From positions 1 to 38,268 of the forward strand of contig CAJVPI010000260.1 of assembly GCA_910592345.1 (NCBI GenBank): a DNA stretch of 38,268 bases. Direction: 5' to 3'. This stretch comes from Paraglomus brasilianum (lineage: Eukaryota). Position 1 is the stretch's first letter. Every line of letters starts with the position of its first letter. The translations under genes were made by a program, and so were the position numbers. Positions 1-12,601 of this stretch are shown here, one piece after another. Under the pieces are notes generated by a model. It saw only the letters and a program-made list of their open reading frames with translations, ran no database searches and had not been told where the DNA came from.

Positions 1-471
1 TTATGTATTTGATTGCTACTGGTGAACCACCTTTTAGAGATAGGCAGTTCGATAGAGATTTAGTATGCGATATTATGAGCGGACTACGACCATCGATGCC
101 TGATTCCGCACCAGAGGGATACAAGAAACTTGTCGAGCGGTGTTGTGATGCTGATCCTGATAAGCGTCCAGATGCAGACACACTTTATGGTGATATTCGC
201 AAGCTTATTGAAGAGATGAAAAACGACAATTCTAATGACAAGATGTGGTATACCATATATTATAATGATGTAAAACCTTTATCACGTCTCGAGAAGGAGA
301 GTAAATATTCTAGTACATTCTTACCTACTGGAAATTTGCCTAAACCGAGAAACAGTTATGATTTTGATTCAATTGCAGGTATGACGACAGCAATTGGTTA
401 CGTGAAATAAAGTTAATTTGCAATATTAACCTCGTTCATTGTCTTATAATTTAGTGACTCAAAATTTTTGA
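1..471 (+). CDS. 3' end of tyrosine-kinase-like protein kinase (subdomains IX-XI and tail); exons <1-378 and 455-471
   Basis: ORF reads IATGEPPF...IMSGLRPSMPDSAPEGYKKLVERCCDADPDKRP (kinase C-lobe). GT at 379, TATTAAC branch site and TTAG at 451-454 give the ending ...AVTQNF*. Confidence 0.9.
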
Positions 472-1169
472 ATTATACAGTCTTACACGAATTTATTCGA
501 GGGTTTACCCATCTTGCAATTAAATACGACGATATGCTCGACACGAGTGAGTTCCGAATAAAATTGGTGCACGATGTCGATGGGTTCGGTCGAATTTAAC
601 AGAAACTAGAAGTTTAGTATTAACTATCTGTTATTAAGCTTACCAGAGAATGTTTGAATATGTAAGAAAGATTGAGTACATTATTTAAAATAACAAGAAT
701 CAACGAATATGAGTTTGTTCTATTCGTTCGAAATAACTGAGAAACGATGCCTACCTGATTTATCAATAATAATTGAATGTTCGCTAATATCGCACAAACC
801 AATCCTCTCTAGATGCACACACTTACGCTTGTGAAGTATGGACAGTCTCATGTCTGCAGTTTTGAAAATACATTAAGCGAGGGGTTTTGTGTCAATCCTT
901 GTCGAATGTTAGGCTCCACTTTATCCTGACCTTTGTCAGCATACCCCAAAACAATGACAACGTCAGTGTTGAAGGGCATCGACTCTTGTCATATGAATCG
1001 AGTCGACCAGACCAGTCATCATGATCATGTATACTAGAAGATTGCTCTCCGTAGATTGCCTTCATGTTTGTCTTGCGTATGAAGCAAACGCTATCATATT
1101 GTTTAATACGAATATAACGTACCAGTGCAAGTCTTTATTAATTTTAATTTCTTGCGAAATATCAATGAT

Positions 1170-1252
1170 GGTGATTTGGCCGAGTTGGTCTAAGGCGCCG
1201 CACTCAAGTTGCGGTCTCGAAAGAGGCGTGAGTTCGAATCTCACAGTCACCA
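1170..1252 (+). tRNA. tRNA-Leu (CAA), intronless, long variable arm
   Basis: Acceptor stem GGTGATT/AGTCACC plus discriminator A; D-arm TGGCCGAGTTGGTCTAAGGC; anticodon stem CCGCA/TGCGG with loop CTCAAGT (CAA at 1205-1207); variable arm CTCGAAAGAG; T-loop GTTCGAATC; T-run downstream. Confidence 0.97.
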
Positions 1253-3127
1253 TTTGTGTTAAAATGTTCCTTTTTCCTCGAATATGATGTAACAAATTTT
1301 ACTACTGATCACTTATAATACTGTGTAACGATCTATTTATAACAATATGATAGTTAACAGTGTACGCGTATAAGGTAGACGAAAGCGCGCCTTTTTATTT
1401 CCACCAGAGATGCTAGTAATTATTAATATCATAGCATCGACCATACTAATTATCGGTATGGCGAGATTATGTACTGTATCTTTGCAAATTCTGTTGCATT
1501 ATTGAAAAGGTACAGGATAGAGTTTAATATTGGGAACGGATGATTTTCTACTTACGCATCTTTATGATACTCTTAGTTTATTTCTTGTTTGTATAAGCCA
1601 TATTATAATTAAGAAATATTTGAGCAATCGCCGCAGTCTAGTTGGCCAACGGGAACAAGCAATCAACAGGGAAAATATTTGTTTCTGACCTGTCAAATAA
1701 ATCAAAAGTTGTCTTTGGTTAATACATATTATCTACCAGACATAAGCTAACTTTAGGCATGTATCCCTAAACCTTTCGGCTACTATTATAATCGCTTTAA
1801 TAACTTGCAACTGTCATTCGGGCCTTGAAATAAAAATTTTTTAATCAGTTTATCAAACGCTAATTTTGATCACTGTCAATTGATTATTGCTTTATACAGA
1901 AAATTTATCAATTTGTAAATCCAAAACAATTATCTCCACAAACACTCAAGCAGTCTTTTGTTTGATAACTTGCTTTCAGATAATACTTTTTCCGGATTTA
2001 TAATTTTATCTATAACACTTTAGACAACAAAGTTATCGAATTCGCACTTGATAGAAATCGAGACGCGGATTTTATCAGCAGTCATCAACTGAAACACGCA
2101 ACAATATATCAAGTAACATTATTTACGCAGTACTTTTAGTATTGAACGTAGACATGTCTATTGAAAAAAGCAAATGTTCAACATCGTTTGTTTATTCTGT
2201 ATTTAACATTGAGAAAATCTCATTCTTGAACTGATGTTGTATTCGACATTGATGAATCTGACTCCACAATTATTCAAGAGAAAAGCTCCCCCCTCGCTTT
2301 TATGCTTTTGGTCAAGCTAACGGTTAAATGGTCATACGTATACCCATATTAATATGACACTAACTGTATATAATAATAATGATGATGGGTTTGCTTCTTA
2401 TTTATTTTAACCACGTAATTTCAACATGTCATGTTTATTTCTTATTCTTGATTTAACAGATATATTATAATGCAAGCCATGAATCCGGTTTTGGGAATGG
2501 AAGATACAAATGTAGGCTTCTGAGCCAAATTTGCAATTACGTGCAGCAATTCTCCAATAACGGAACGATAGGTATTAGTATTAAAGTTGTAACCTCGATA
2601 TTGTTCTTCTTTGGGTGACTGTATTTATACACATACGCTGTTCTAATTCATAGAATGCAGTATATGAGTAGACTCGTGTGTGGCTCTTAGATTAGACTTT
2701 GAATTTAATATTTTCCACAATCGATACACACGCTCATGTTCTACCAGAATAAGAAATACAGTAAACCAATAGTAACTGGATACAAATTTAACGAATCAAC
2801 CAATCCCGTTTTCTTAGCGCTCCAATTGCATCTTTTCAATATGCCGTGGACAATATAATCTCAGACTATGGTTGGACAGTCAGTAGTGTAAAGATTGTCA
2901 ATATACACATACAATGTTGTACTTCAAATAATTTATTGGACCAAAAAAGGATGAGAGGTATAATTAAAAGCATACTATACAACTTTTAGTCCCGTTCCTC
3001 TTCTTCTTCCTTTGGATAATTATTATTTTCTTCCTTAGTTTTGTAGTAATAATTCTAATCAACGTTCTCACTTTTGGATAAATTAATCACTTTCATCTGT
3101 AAAAGTACTGTATATTAGAAAATAAAC

Positions 3128-5030
3128 ATGGCTACTGCCGCTGAACCACAGAAGGTATGAGCATTGTCATCTTGATGAGAGTCTTACGAGATGTACAATT
3201 GCAGGGAGAGAGCATTCCAACAAAAAGTTGTTTAAAGTGCACATATACTGCACCTAAACGTGTTTACTTATTACTCTCATGTGCCTATAGGTGCAACTCA
3301 ATGGTTACGTAGGTTTTGATACCATCACCACGCAAATTGAGAAGAAACTGTTGAAGCGTGGATTTCAATTCAATGTTATTGTCGTCGGTATGTAAACATT
3401 AACCACATAAATGTCGGCTGTTGTAGGATTGACAAGGCCATAAAATATAGCAAACAAAGTTTTCATAGTCAATCCCTCATTCCCTGTCTTTTCCTAGCAC
3501 ACACATTCTAACGTATTTTTCTTAATTAAGGTCAAACTGGATTGGGTAAATCAACGCTCATCAACACTATTTTTGCTGCTCACCTTATTGACAGCAAAGG
3601 GCGTCAATCTGTCGAAGAGCCCTTTAGGCAGACGACCGAGATCCAAACCGTGTCTCATTGTATGTTACTTTACTTTTCATTGAGCAATGACGAATGATTG
3701 ATAGGAACGATTTTAGTACTTTGTTAACAGAGTCTTTATGTAATTGCGCCTAATTTACGTTTTATTTAATTTGTAAAGTAATTGAAGAGCACGGTATTCG
3801 TTTAAGACTCAATATTGTTGACACTCCCGGATATGGCGACCAGGTCAATAACGAGAATTGGTGAGCAACAAGAATAGTTTAAAGGGAGGAGGCGGGGGTG
3901 TTATGTGAATGTATGATTAAGATTACGCTGCTTAACTTTTGATGAACATTCTAATAACCATTCCTTATTTTAATAGTTGGGAGCCAATTATCAAATATAT
4001 CAAAGACCAACATTCAGCTTATCTTCGCAAAGAATTAACTGCCATGCGTGAGCGTTATATTCAAGACACCAGAATTCACTGCTGTTTATTCTTCATTTCA
4101 CCCACCGGCCATGCGTACGTATATTTAAAGTTCATATATCAGTTTATAGGTACAATTACAATCATCAAATGGCTAATAATTCACCTTTTCTTTTTTTAAA
4201 CCAAAGTCTTAAACCGCTCGATATTCTCGTTCTCAAGAAACTTTCAGAGGTTGTCAATGTCGTCCCTGTCATTGCTAAATCTGATTCACTGACTATCGAA
4301 GAACGCCTTGCGTTCAAGCAAAGAGTAAGTTTTTCTGCCCATCAGCAAGCGTGATTGAAATATTTTGAACTAGGACTAAAAGCCATCAATTTTTTTGCTT
4401 GCAACTTTCTTTAAACTAGATAAAGGCAGAATTAGCACACAACAATATCAAACTCTATCCGTATGATAGCGATGAACTCGATGATGGTGAACTTGCTTTG
4501 AATCAGAGCATGAAAGAACTTATTCCATTCGCCATTGTCGGTTCCGAGAAGAACGTTGTTATTGATGGAAAGGCCGTTCGCGGGCGGCGGAACAAGTGGG
4601 GTGTGATCGTAGGTAAGAGATCAGGAAGAGAGGGAGTAGAGGGCTGCGTGGGTCTGGGAAGCGAAACGAAATCGAAATCAAAATCGAAATCGAAATTGAA
4701 TCGAGACTGAATGATCGCTGGCAATTTTGTAGTGGAGAATGAGAATCATTGCGAGTTCGTACATCTGAGAAACTTCCTCACTAGGTAAGAATCGCTCATT
4801 CTTGTTGGGATGAGCTTATTTACATTTGTGAACAGACTATCGGTTATCATCTGCTAACAACTTTATCAACTCTGTACATTAGAACTCATCTCCAAGACCT
4901 TATCGAAACCACTGCTCAGATCCATTATGAGGCTTTCCGTTCTAAACAACTCTTGGCGTTGAAAGAGTCCAGCGCCAGACAAGAGCAACCGCAGCCTCCT
5001 CAGCCATCGTCGCAGGGTGGAGTCATTTAA
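3128..5030 (+). CDS. CDC10: Septin, Cdc10/Spn2 group; 9 exons (3128-3154, 3291-3387, 3531-3659, 3779-3860, 3977-4114, 4207-4324, 4420-4612, 4733-4784, 4883-5030)
   Basis: Spliced translation gives YVGFDTITTQIEKKLLKRGFQFN, G1 GQTGLGKS, G3 DTPGYGD, G4 AKSD, septin unique element RGRRNKWG..VENENHCEF and a short C-terminus without a coiled coil. All introns are GT-AG and frame-consistent. Confidence 0.95.
4663..4703 (+). repeat. Imperfect (GAAATC)n hexamer microsatellite in septin intron 7
   Basis: GAAACGAAATCGAAATCAAAATCGAAATCGAAATTGAATCG. Confidence 0.8.
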
Positions 5031-5680
5031 TTTCACGCTACCACTCATAAAATTAGAGCTACATAGCACATGGATTCGATTTAAAGTTGCAATATCCTTA
5101 CTTAGAGTCTACATATCACATTATATTCATATCATATTAATGGAGGACACGTTCTCTGTTTACGTTAACACCGATTATTATTAGTTTATTTTGGTAACTT
5201 GATTTCATTTATATAATTTAGATGTAGTTTTTTTTCGAGAGAGAAATTCTGGACATACTCCATCCAGAATTATTAATGATATTCATGTCGACAATGAAAA
5301 CATACCGCTGCAGATAGAGTGAAACATGAAATTGTTGTAGGGTGACGGGAACGTTTCGAACAATGATTACGAGTTGATTACAAAGCAAGCTAAACATCGC
5401 ATGCTGTCACTAATAATTCACTGGTCTTGCGATAAATACTCAAGAAGATTAGTGTGCAAATGATGCGTGTATTATTAATGAGGAAAACGAGAGATTGGAA
5501 AACTATCTACAGACATTATGCTATAAAAAATCTATTACTCATAATCAATGCAAAAATGTACTTATACTTCCCCAATTACCAATAACTGCCAGACTGTTAC
5601 TCCTTTCTATCAACTCCAAAGTCTGAATCTTTGGCATCACAGCCTCAATTAAACATTCAAATTCCACCCAAACCTCGCCA

Positions 5681-6879
5681 TCACGTCGGTTGCCCAACTC
5701 GACTATCTCCCCATATCGTCACCTTTCCCTTTTTAAACTTTCTCAACCACCAAACTTCACTTTCCATAAATCGCACGGCTCTGTCCCAGACCCTTTGCCT
5801 TACGTCCTGTGACAACTGCCTGTTTCTTAGATCAAAATCTAACCACGCTTCGTGAACACGGTATTTGGTTTTACCGCTAACTTCGGCTTGGAGAAACGTG
5901 ATTAGTTCTCCAACATACTCGTCGTCTTGATTGCGTTTTTTCTTGTGATATCCATACCATTTGAAGGTACTGTATATCACTGACAAGAAGAGCACAACGA
6001 ATAAGGAAGCCAGGAGAATGGCTTATAGATTTGACAATTGGGAAAAGAGAGAATTAGAAATTATTGCTGATAGTAACCACGATTAAAAGAATATAATGAA
6101 CCCCGTCAAAAAAAGTAGAACCATAGAATACGTACATACGAAGAAAGCCTTTAAGCTATCAACAAAGTCTCTCGCACTCGTGACAATGTCTTCTTTTTTA
6201 AGTCCCACAACCGATGCCAGTCGACTTTCTGATGCAAGCAAACAGAACTCACCGATCAGTGCATTTCTTAAATAGCACCTCCCACTCTCCCGCACGAAAC
6301 CAATAACATTTTCTTTTCTATTCCTCTCTCTCCATTCCACTCTGTCTTTCTCTCTATCTCTCCCCATTTGCATTTTCCCAACAACGTTCAAAAACAAGCA
6401 AGACCCCACCTGCTCCAACAAAAAATCACTAATCACCATCAAATAATCAACGCACCAATTACACTACTAAGTACCCTGATCAAGACATCACCAATCCTTT
6501 CAACTTTACTCCTCCTTTCATGGTTCTTTCCTCCTTCAAACGCACCAGTACCACTACCAAGCCGTACTTCTTCTTGTTCTTCTTCAAAACTATTGTACTC
6601 TCGCACCATGCACATACCATTTCCATTTTCACTTATTTCTATTCCCTTCTTTCTATCTATGTGCCACCAAATACCGATAAAAGTAAAAACAAACACAATG
6701 TCTAACAATCGCCAATAGTTAAAGAGTGTTCTTTCGGGTGGTTGAGTGCGAAGATGCATGGGGATTTTCGATTCAAACGGACGTGGTGTGTAGGGAATGT
6801 GTCCATAACGATGGTGGTGGTAGCGTTTTACTTCGTCGTGATCGTCTATTATTAATCGGCTGGGAACTAGATCACCCAT
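5681..6879 (-). CDS. MAN1/Src1(Heh)-like inner nuclear membrane protein: two TM helices and a C-terminal winged-helix (MSC-like) domain; exons 6879-6475, 6409-6136, 6021-5681
   Basis: TM1 WRLLDIVFVFTFIGIWWHI; TM2 ILLASLFVVLFLSVIYSTFKW followed by HKKKRN; C-terminal RQRVWDRAVRFMESE resembles the MAN1 winged-helix motif KKVWDRAVDFL. Two frame-consistent GT-AG introns join three ORFs. Confidence 0.65.
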
Positions 6880-8006
6880 GACAGAAACTATTAAACGTTA
6901 AAAAAGAACAAGGTTAAACTTATATTGTGTGACGTCGTCGATCATTTCAAATTGATTGGGATCAGCCAATGGGGGATCTGAGCGTATTAACAATATTAAT
7001 ACTTAATATGGTTAATTGATAAATTACACAAAAAAATAGATTTGAGCACATAGTATCTTCTAATATTCTATTACTACACCCCAAATGCGATATGAGAAAA
7101 CTATTGTAAAATCAATAAAATATTTCCTGCTTGAAAAAGCTTCTCTTTTAGTTGTGGAAATGAATTTCGCAGTCAGACTCTCACGGATGGCTATGCGTAT
7201 TGCAAATCTTAAACATAGAAGCATGGTTTACGATATTCAAAAATTGATTAATATCAAAGAACGTATTCTTAATAGTAACGCACTTTACATTATGCGTGAC
7301 ATGTACAGTAAAAACATTTAATTAATGGCAAAAATGTTAGTCAGATGCAACTTTCTTTTTTTTTATACAGTCTCTGGCTATTTGTTAACTACAACCTCAA
7401 TGTTATAAAGCAATCGTACTGAAGCATTTAATGCATTGGAGTTACAAAATAACAACCCTTGTTCGGTTACCATTAATTTTGTCTATTGCAATTGCAGCAT
7501 CCTACCGAACAGTCTTATTAAACGCAGCAAGGGTTAATTGAATATTAATTCTATTGATACAACAATCGAAGCCAATATCCTGACTACGTACTTATTGGCA
7601 ATACGCTTAAAACTGGTGAAATGTCTTAAAATTGAAAATTGCGACAATAAAGAATCAGCCCGAGGAAGACAAAGTTATGCAATTTCTTCAACAGAAGGTA
7701 ATTATTATGGTGAATAGTTGATAAATATATCTCTCATTTTACTGAACTGATGGCACGGATGGAGATAAACTTTATAGAAAACTTTAGAAAAAATTAGTTG
7801 GCAAATGTTTGTGTGTTCTCTGATCTGAAATAAGTCTGTTTACATAATTGACTTGCTTGTATAAATAACGCGCCTGTTAAACTGTTATAGGCCCATATAA
7901 GAGAAAACATCCCCCACGCTTGTTAGGCAACAACACTGAAAATTTCCAGCATATTGCATACTAAATCTCTACCGTTCTAAAAATTCATAAACGCACTATG
8001 ATTATA

Positions 8007-8214
8007 TGGGGCATGCTGCAACAAAACCAGACAAAGTGAACATTCAATTATGTGACATAAATGAGGGGCTGGTTATGATGTGGCTGTAAAATTGACCAGT
8101 GTAACTGATGGCATTTTGAAAAGTAATAATGGTGCTCATTCATAACTTATGGACTTGTTAATTTTAATGTTTCCTTTATCATACCAGAATGTGATGAATA
8201 TAAACCATAACAGG
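8007..8214 (+). repeat. Repeat family A end sequence (left arm of inverted repeat)
   Basis: 8073-8214 matches the reverse complement of 13224-13371 (about 5 substitutions, one 7-nt and one 1-nt indel). 8007-8090 matches 21653-21729. Confidence 0.92.
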
Positions 8215-8652
8215 GTGTTACGGCAAGCCGATCTGATGAATCAGATAAGTAAGTCACATGATAAAATCTTCCTCCGCGATCACACATCAAATAGCACAAG
8301 TTAAATTAGTAGCGGCGTTTCGAAATTTCTGCGGCAGGCGCAGCGTTTCAATTTTTCTGCGACAGCACAAGACGCCATAATTCATTTATACTTATTTCAA
8401 TTGATCTTCATAGAATTAGTAGTCTAAAAAGCGTTTCACTTTTTTTGTGATGCTGAAGATATATAAGCAGCTCAATTTCCATCGTATGAAATGTGAAATA
8501 TGTTACAATGTTTGAATGTTGAATAAATAAAATATTATTGATCTTAGTAATATTCCTTTATTATAAATATACGGTTTATTTCTATCGTCGAAATAATTGA
8601 TTATTAGACCGGATACTCCAATAAACGGCTCACTTAAGCTGTAATGGAATAG

Positions 8653-8801
8653 TGTTGTGTCTGAGTTGGGGACCTGTCTCAGTTCGGAACCCAGTCACTC
8701 AGTCCAGAACTCAGTTGTCTCGGTTCGGAACCCAGTCACTCAGTCCAGAACTCAGTTGTCTCAGTCTAGAACTGAGACAGGTCCCCAACTGAGGTACAAC
8801 A
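8653..8801. mobile_element. MITE-like element with 32-bp TIRs and an internal ~39-bp tandem duplication
   Basis: 5' TGTTGTGTCTGAGTTGGGGACCTGTCTCAGTT versus reverse complement of the 3' end TGTTGTACCTCAGTTGGGGACCTGTCTCAGTT (29/32). Second copy at 25699-25814. No clear TSD. Confidence 0.85.
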
Positions 8802-11028
8802 GCATTAATCAGTGGACGCCTGATTGTAATTATTATTTGCCATATGTGTCAGTAGTACAAGCGAGTGATATGGGGAAGTCTGCAATGGTCAAATTGATTT
8901 CTGACAGAGTTTTTGTTGTATACTGTTGTTTGAGGAATGTGCAACAAGAATTAGATCTAGGCTATCCAAAACGGTCCAGTATCACCCCAATCTTGTTGCT
9001 TGATCATAAGTTGACAAAAACGTCAGATAATGGGGATGAAATTTCTGTTCATCCAGAAAACATTCATCTGCTATTTCTGGGTGCTTGTATAGATTTGCTG
9101 GCCACATCATCAAAGACGCCGTCGGAATGGTTTTACTTTCAAAAAGATCATTCTTTTTGGTCACGGATTCAGGCATTGATGGAGGAATTGAAGAATGAAA
9201 TCCCAGAGCTTCAATATGAAACATCACTGCAAGACGAAAGACTCTCATCGGAATTCCTGTTAACTAAATGGAAAAATTTATGTAACACACCACATTTTAC
9301 GAAAGATTTTTGACTCATCTTTGTTTATGATGAATGTTGCAGTCTTGTCGAGAAAGATATTTTTTACATGCTTGTCGAGCTTTCAGAGCACTACCAAGAA
9401 TGGAATCTGTATCATCTTTATTTGTTATAGTTATGGATACACTCTCACGGATTTCTAATTTTTCTCCAACAAAATGTTATGAACCTTCAACACATGCTTC
9501 AGTCTCACAGATGCGACTTTTTCCACCATATTATCTTCTTGACTTTGTTGACATTTTTGTTCCTCAGACATCTCCGACAACCTTAAGTGAGTTTGCAAAA
9601 CCTGATCACTGGATGCTTTATGGGCAACCACTGTGGGGAGCTTTAGTACAGGCACAACAAACCAAAGAAGATCTGAAAAATAAATATCCACTGTTGGATA
9701 TTTTACTAATGGCTGCTGGTAAACTTATTGGTGGAGTTGATTTTCATAATTGGTTTTCAAATTATAAGATAAAAAATGAAAGAGTTACACCCTTGGTTGC
9801 TATTGCTGTATTGGGTCAGAGAGTTGCACTCAACATAATACCACAGTCAGAGATTGCAATGGAATTAGTAGCAAGTGCTATTACTATGCGAGTTTGTCTA
9901 CATATTACAGAAGATCGTGGAACTATCCTATCAACATACTTGTCTGAGCCAACTTTAAGTGAGGCTGCTGCATATATCATGAACATTGACAATGGGTTAC
10001 TTGTACCAGATCTGCTGACTATGTTAATCAATAGTATCAAAGAAGGAGTTGCAGAGGCCAGTTATCATGGTGAATTAGTAGCACGTTTTCTCTTACTTTT
10101 GGCATATGATTATGCCTATAGTCAGTTTATAGCAAATGTGTCATATTTTCCTGGCTATTATTCACAAGTCATCACTGTGCAACAATTCTTGCAGGCCTTA
10201 CTGGATTATGAGACTTTTAACCTAATTGCAACAGATATTTCCACCAGTAAACCCAATACATCAGCACCACTAGGTGAAGGTTATATACAGTTCAATCACT
10301 TTGTTTCAATAACCTACACACCTTCAAGAAAGCAATTGTTGAAATTCTTAGAACGAGGAGCTGCTGTATTATGCAAACATAACCAATGTGGTGTAGACAT
10401 TATCATACCAGTGTTACTAGAGCCTGGAGGAAGGATGAATATCAATAATATAACCTACATTCTTGTGCAAGTCAAAAACTGGAGACATACACCATCACAA
10501 CATCAAGTCCAAGAAGCTTCAAGAATGAAACTCTCACCTGAGTTTGCTGGAATTACCACACAACATTTATTACCTTATTTGTCTCTCTATTTGCAACTGG
10601 GTGGTGAGAAATGCACAGCACACATTGTGGAAGATATTGGTATTTTACCAGAAGTTGACCAACTGCATAAATTAGTTTTATCAGAACCCAATTTATTGAA
10701 ACGTCCAGCTGACAATGCAGAAATTCCCTTGAAAAGAGTCAAAATTGGCAGAAAAAAACGCTATCCATCAGATACATCAGTTTTTTCTGTGATATGTCAG
10801 ACTTTCCAAGTGTCATTAGCTGTTTATGGTCTTGGAAAAGAGGTGTATGCTTGTTTCAATCATTTCACAGCCATTGAGACCCAAACACAGATTTTAACAT
10901 CTCTGAGAAAGCTCTTGGTTGCCTGGCCTGATGCAGCTGAACTTGAGAATGATAGTAAACATGTACAACATATGCAACCATTAGTATATGTTGATGCAGT
11001 CAATAATAGTGACAATAATATTTTGTAG
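8802..11028 (+). pseudogene. Intronless P-loop NTPase plus C-terminal PD-(D/E)xK (REase-fold) nuclease gene, Crinkler/CR-effector-like architecture; disrupted
   Basis: YYLPYVSVVQASDMGKS (degenerate Walker A, 8858-8881); Walker B LIFVYDE directly after in-frame TGA 9311-9313; frameshift near 9355-9365; later YGQPLWGA, YLSEPTL, GELVARFLLL, FNHFV and nuclease motif GVDIIIPV...ILVQVKN. Confidence 0.78.
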
Positions 11029-11513
11029 CTGTCATTATGATAAGAATATTCTTATACCATGTCTTTGCAATTAAATATTAAAGATTAGATTGTATTACAA
11101 TATTCTGATATCAAATTCAATTCTGAGTATGACTTCTGGAGCAGTATTATTTGCCTGGCATTATATATTGGAATAAAACAGCAGTCTAAAGAAAAGCAAA
11201 ACACTATGTTTGTACCTTGTCAATTTTAATTGATATTAATATCACAATTTGCTTATCAATCATACTTTACACAAATCATGGCATTTACATAACCTGTAAA
11301 GGAGATGTAATACAGAGATGTGCATCAAGATAAAAGAGTGACTTTTTGGATAATTTATTCGATTTAAAAAGTTTGATAAATGCAAGTAACTTGAGATTTT
11401 AGAGTGATATTAACCACTCGAATTGCTTCTCTCCTTTTAGCAAGAAAATTGAAAATACTAATCCAAAGATAGGTTTACAAAGTATTAAAACTTATATATA
11501 GGATTACCCGTAT

Positions 11514-12601
11514 ATGATAAATAACGAATATAATGGCTCCACCAAACATGAAAAAGCAATACGTTTCTTGGAGACAGGTTGCAATTGTGGTTGCTCAAAA
11601 ATGATTCCGAGAGAGAAGTTTGCTGAATTACGTGAGGCGTTTCAAGCTCTCTCTAGATCCGAACAAGATATATTTTTAATGGCCCAGTTGAAAGCAATGA
11701 ATGGCGGAGAAATAACTGCCAGCTGACGTCTTAAAAAAAATGCGTACTAATAAGCGAACATTCTACTATTGAGATCGTAATACATCTCTTTGCCAGAAAA
11801 CGTATCTTAATATGTTAGGAATTGTCGCACTCACTTCGAAAACGTCAGAAATCACCTAGCGACAAATGGTATCGTACCGGGCGTTCATGGTAATATAAAA
11901 CGAATGCCGCGATGGAAAACCAAAATCACCATTGATATAACCGTTGCTACTGCCATGAAAAATTTTCTCGAAAATTATGCTGAAATTCATGGATTACCAA
12001 GTCCGGGTAGAATTGTCAATCGCATTACTCAATTGCTTACACTTCTGCCAGCTGAAACAAGTTGCAAATCGGTCTATCGTGATTTTATTGCAGGCCTCGA
12101 AAACGATAGCGCGTTGAAATTGTTAAAATATGATGCATTTCGCAAGTTATGGCACCAATTAACGCCTTATATTCAAATAATGAGTCCAAGAACGGATTTA
12201 TGTGACACGTGCCAACATTTCCGGAATGGCTTACAATATAATGCTCGTAAGGAAGAAGAGGCAAGAGACTTACTAAAGAAATTCAAAGAACATCTGGTTA
12301 AGGCTAAATTAGAGAGAAATTATTACAACAAAAAGACGAAATTAGCAGAACAACAGAGGAAATTGGTAAATGAACATTTTATAGCAAGAGGTAAAGCTGG
12401 TTATTGTAGCGTTGACGCTACTGCTCATTACAGTTACGATTGAGCGCAAAACGTTCACGTTCCCCATTCCGATCAACAAGTAAGATTTATTATCTTAGTC
12501 CGCGTAAAGTGCATTTATTTGGTATACAAGATGAAGCAGTGCGCGAACAAATTAATTATGTTCTCGATGAAGACGAAATTATCGGCAAAGGTCCTAATGG
12601 T
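11514..12601 (+). mobile_element. Sola1-like (DUF7869-type) DDD transposase, 5' part, truncated at GKGPNG
   Basis: GCNCGCS, VHGN, HGLPSPG, PRTDLCDTC, HYSYD(W)AQN (first catalytic D), YYLSPRKVHLFGI, DEDEIIGKGPN; several frameshifts and TGA codons. Confidence 0.8.

Noticed and set aside
1021..1295. Two overlapping ORFs of 88 and 77 aa
   Set aside because: Spurious ORFs spanning the tRNA-Leu gene.
8685..8770. Direct repeats of ~39 bp that might suggest a CRISPR array
   Set aside because: Head-to-tail with no unique spacers, enclosed by TIRs, in eukaryotic context with no cas genes: an internal MITE duplication.
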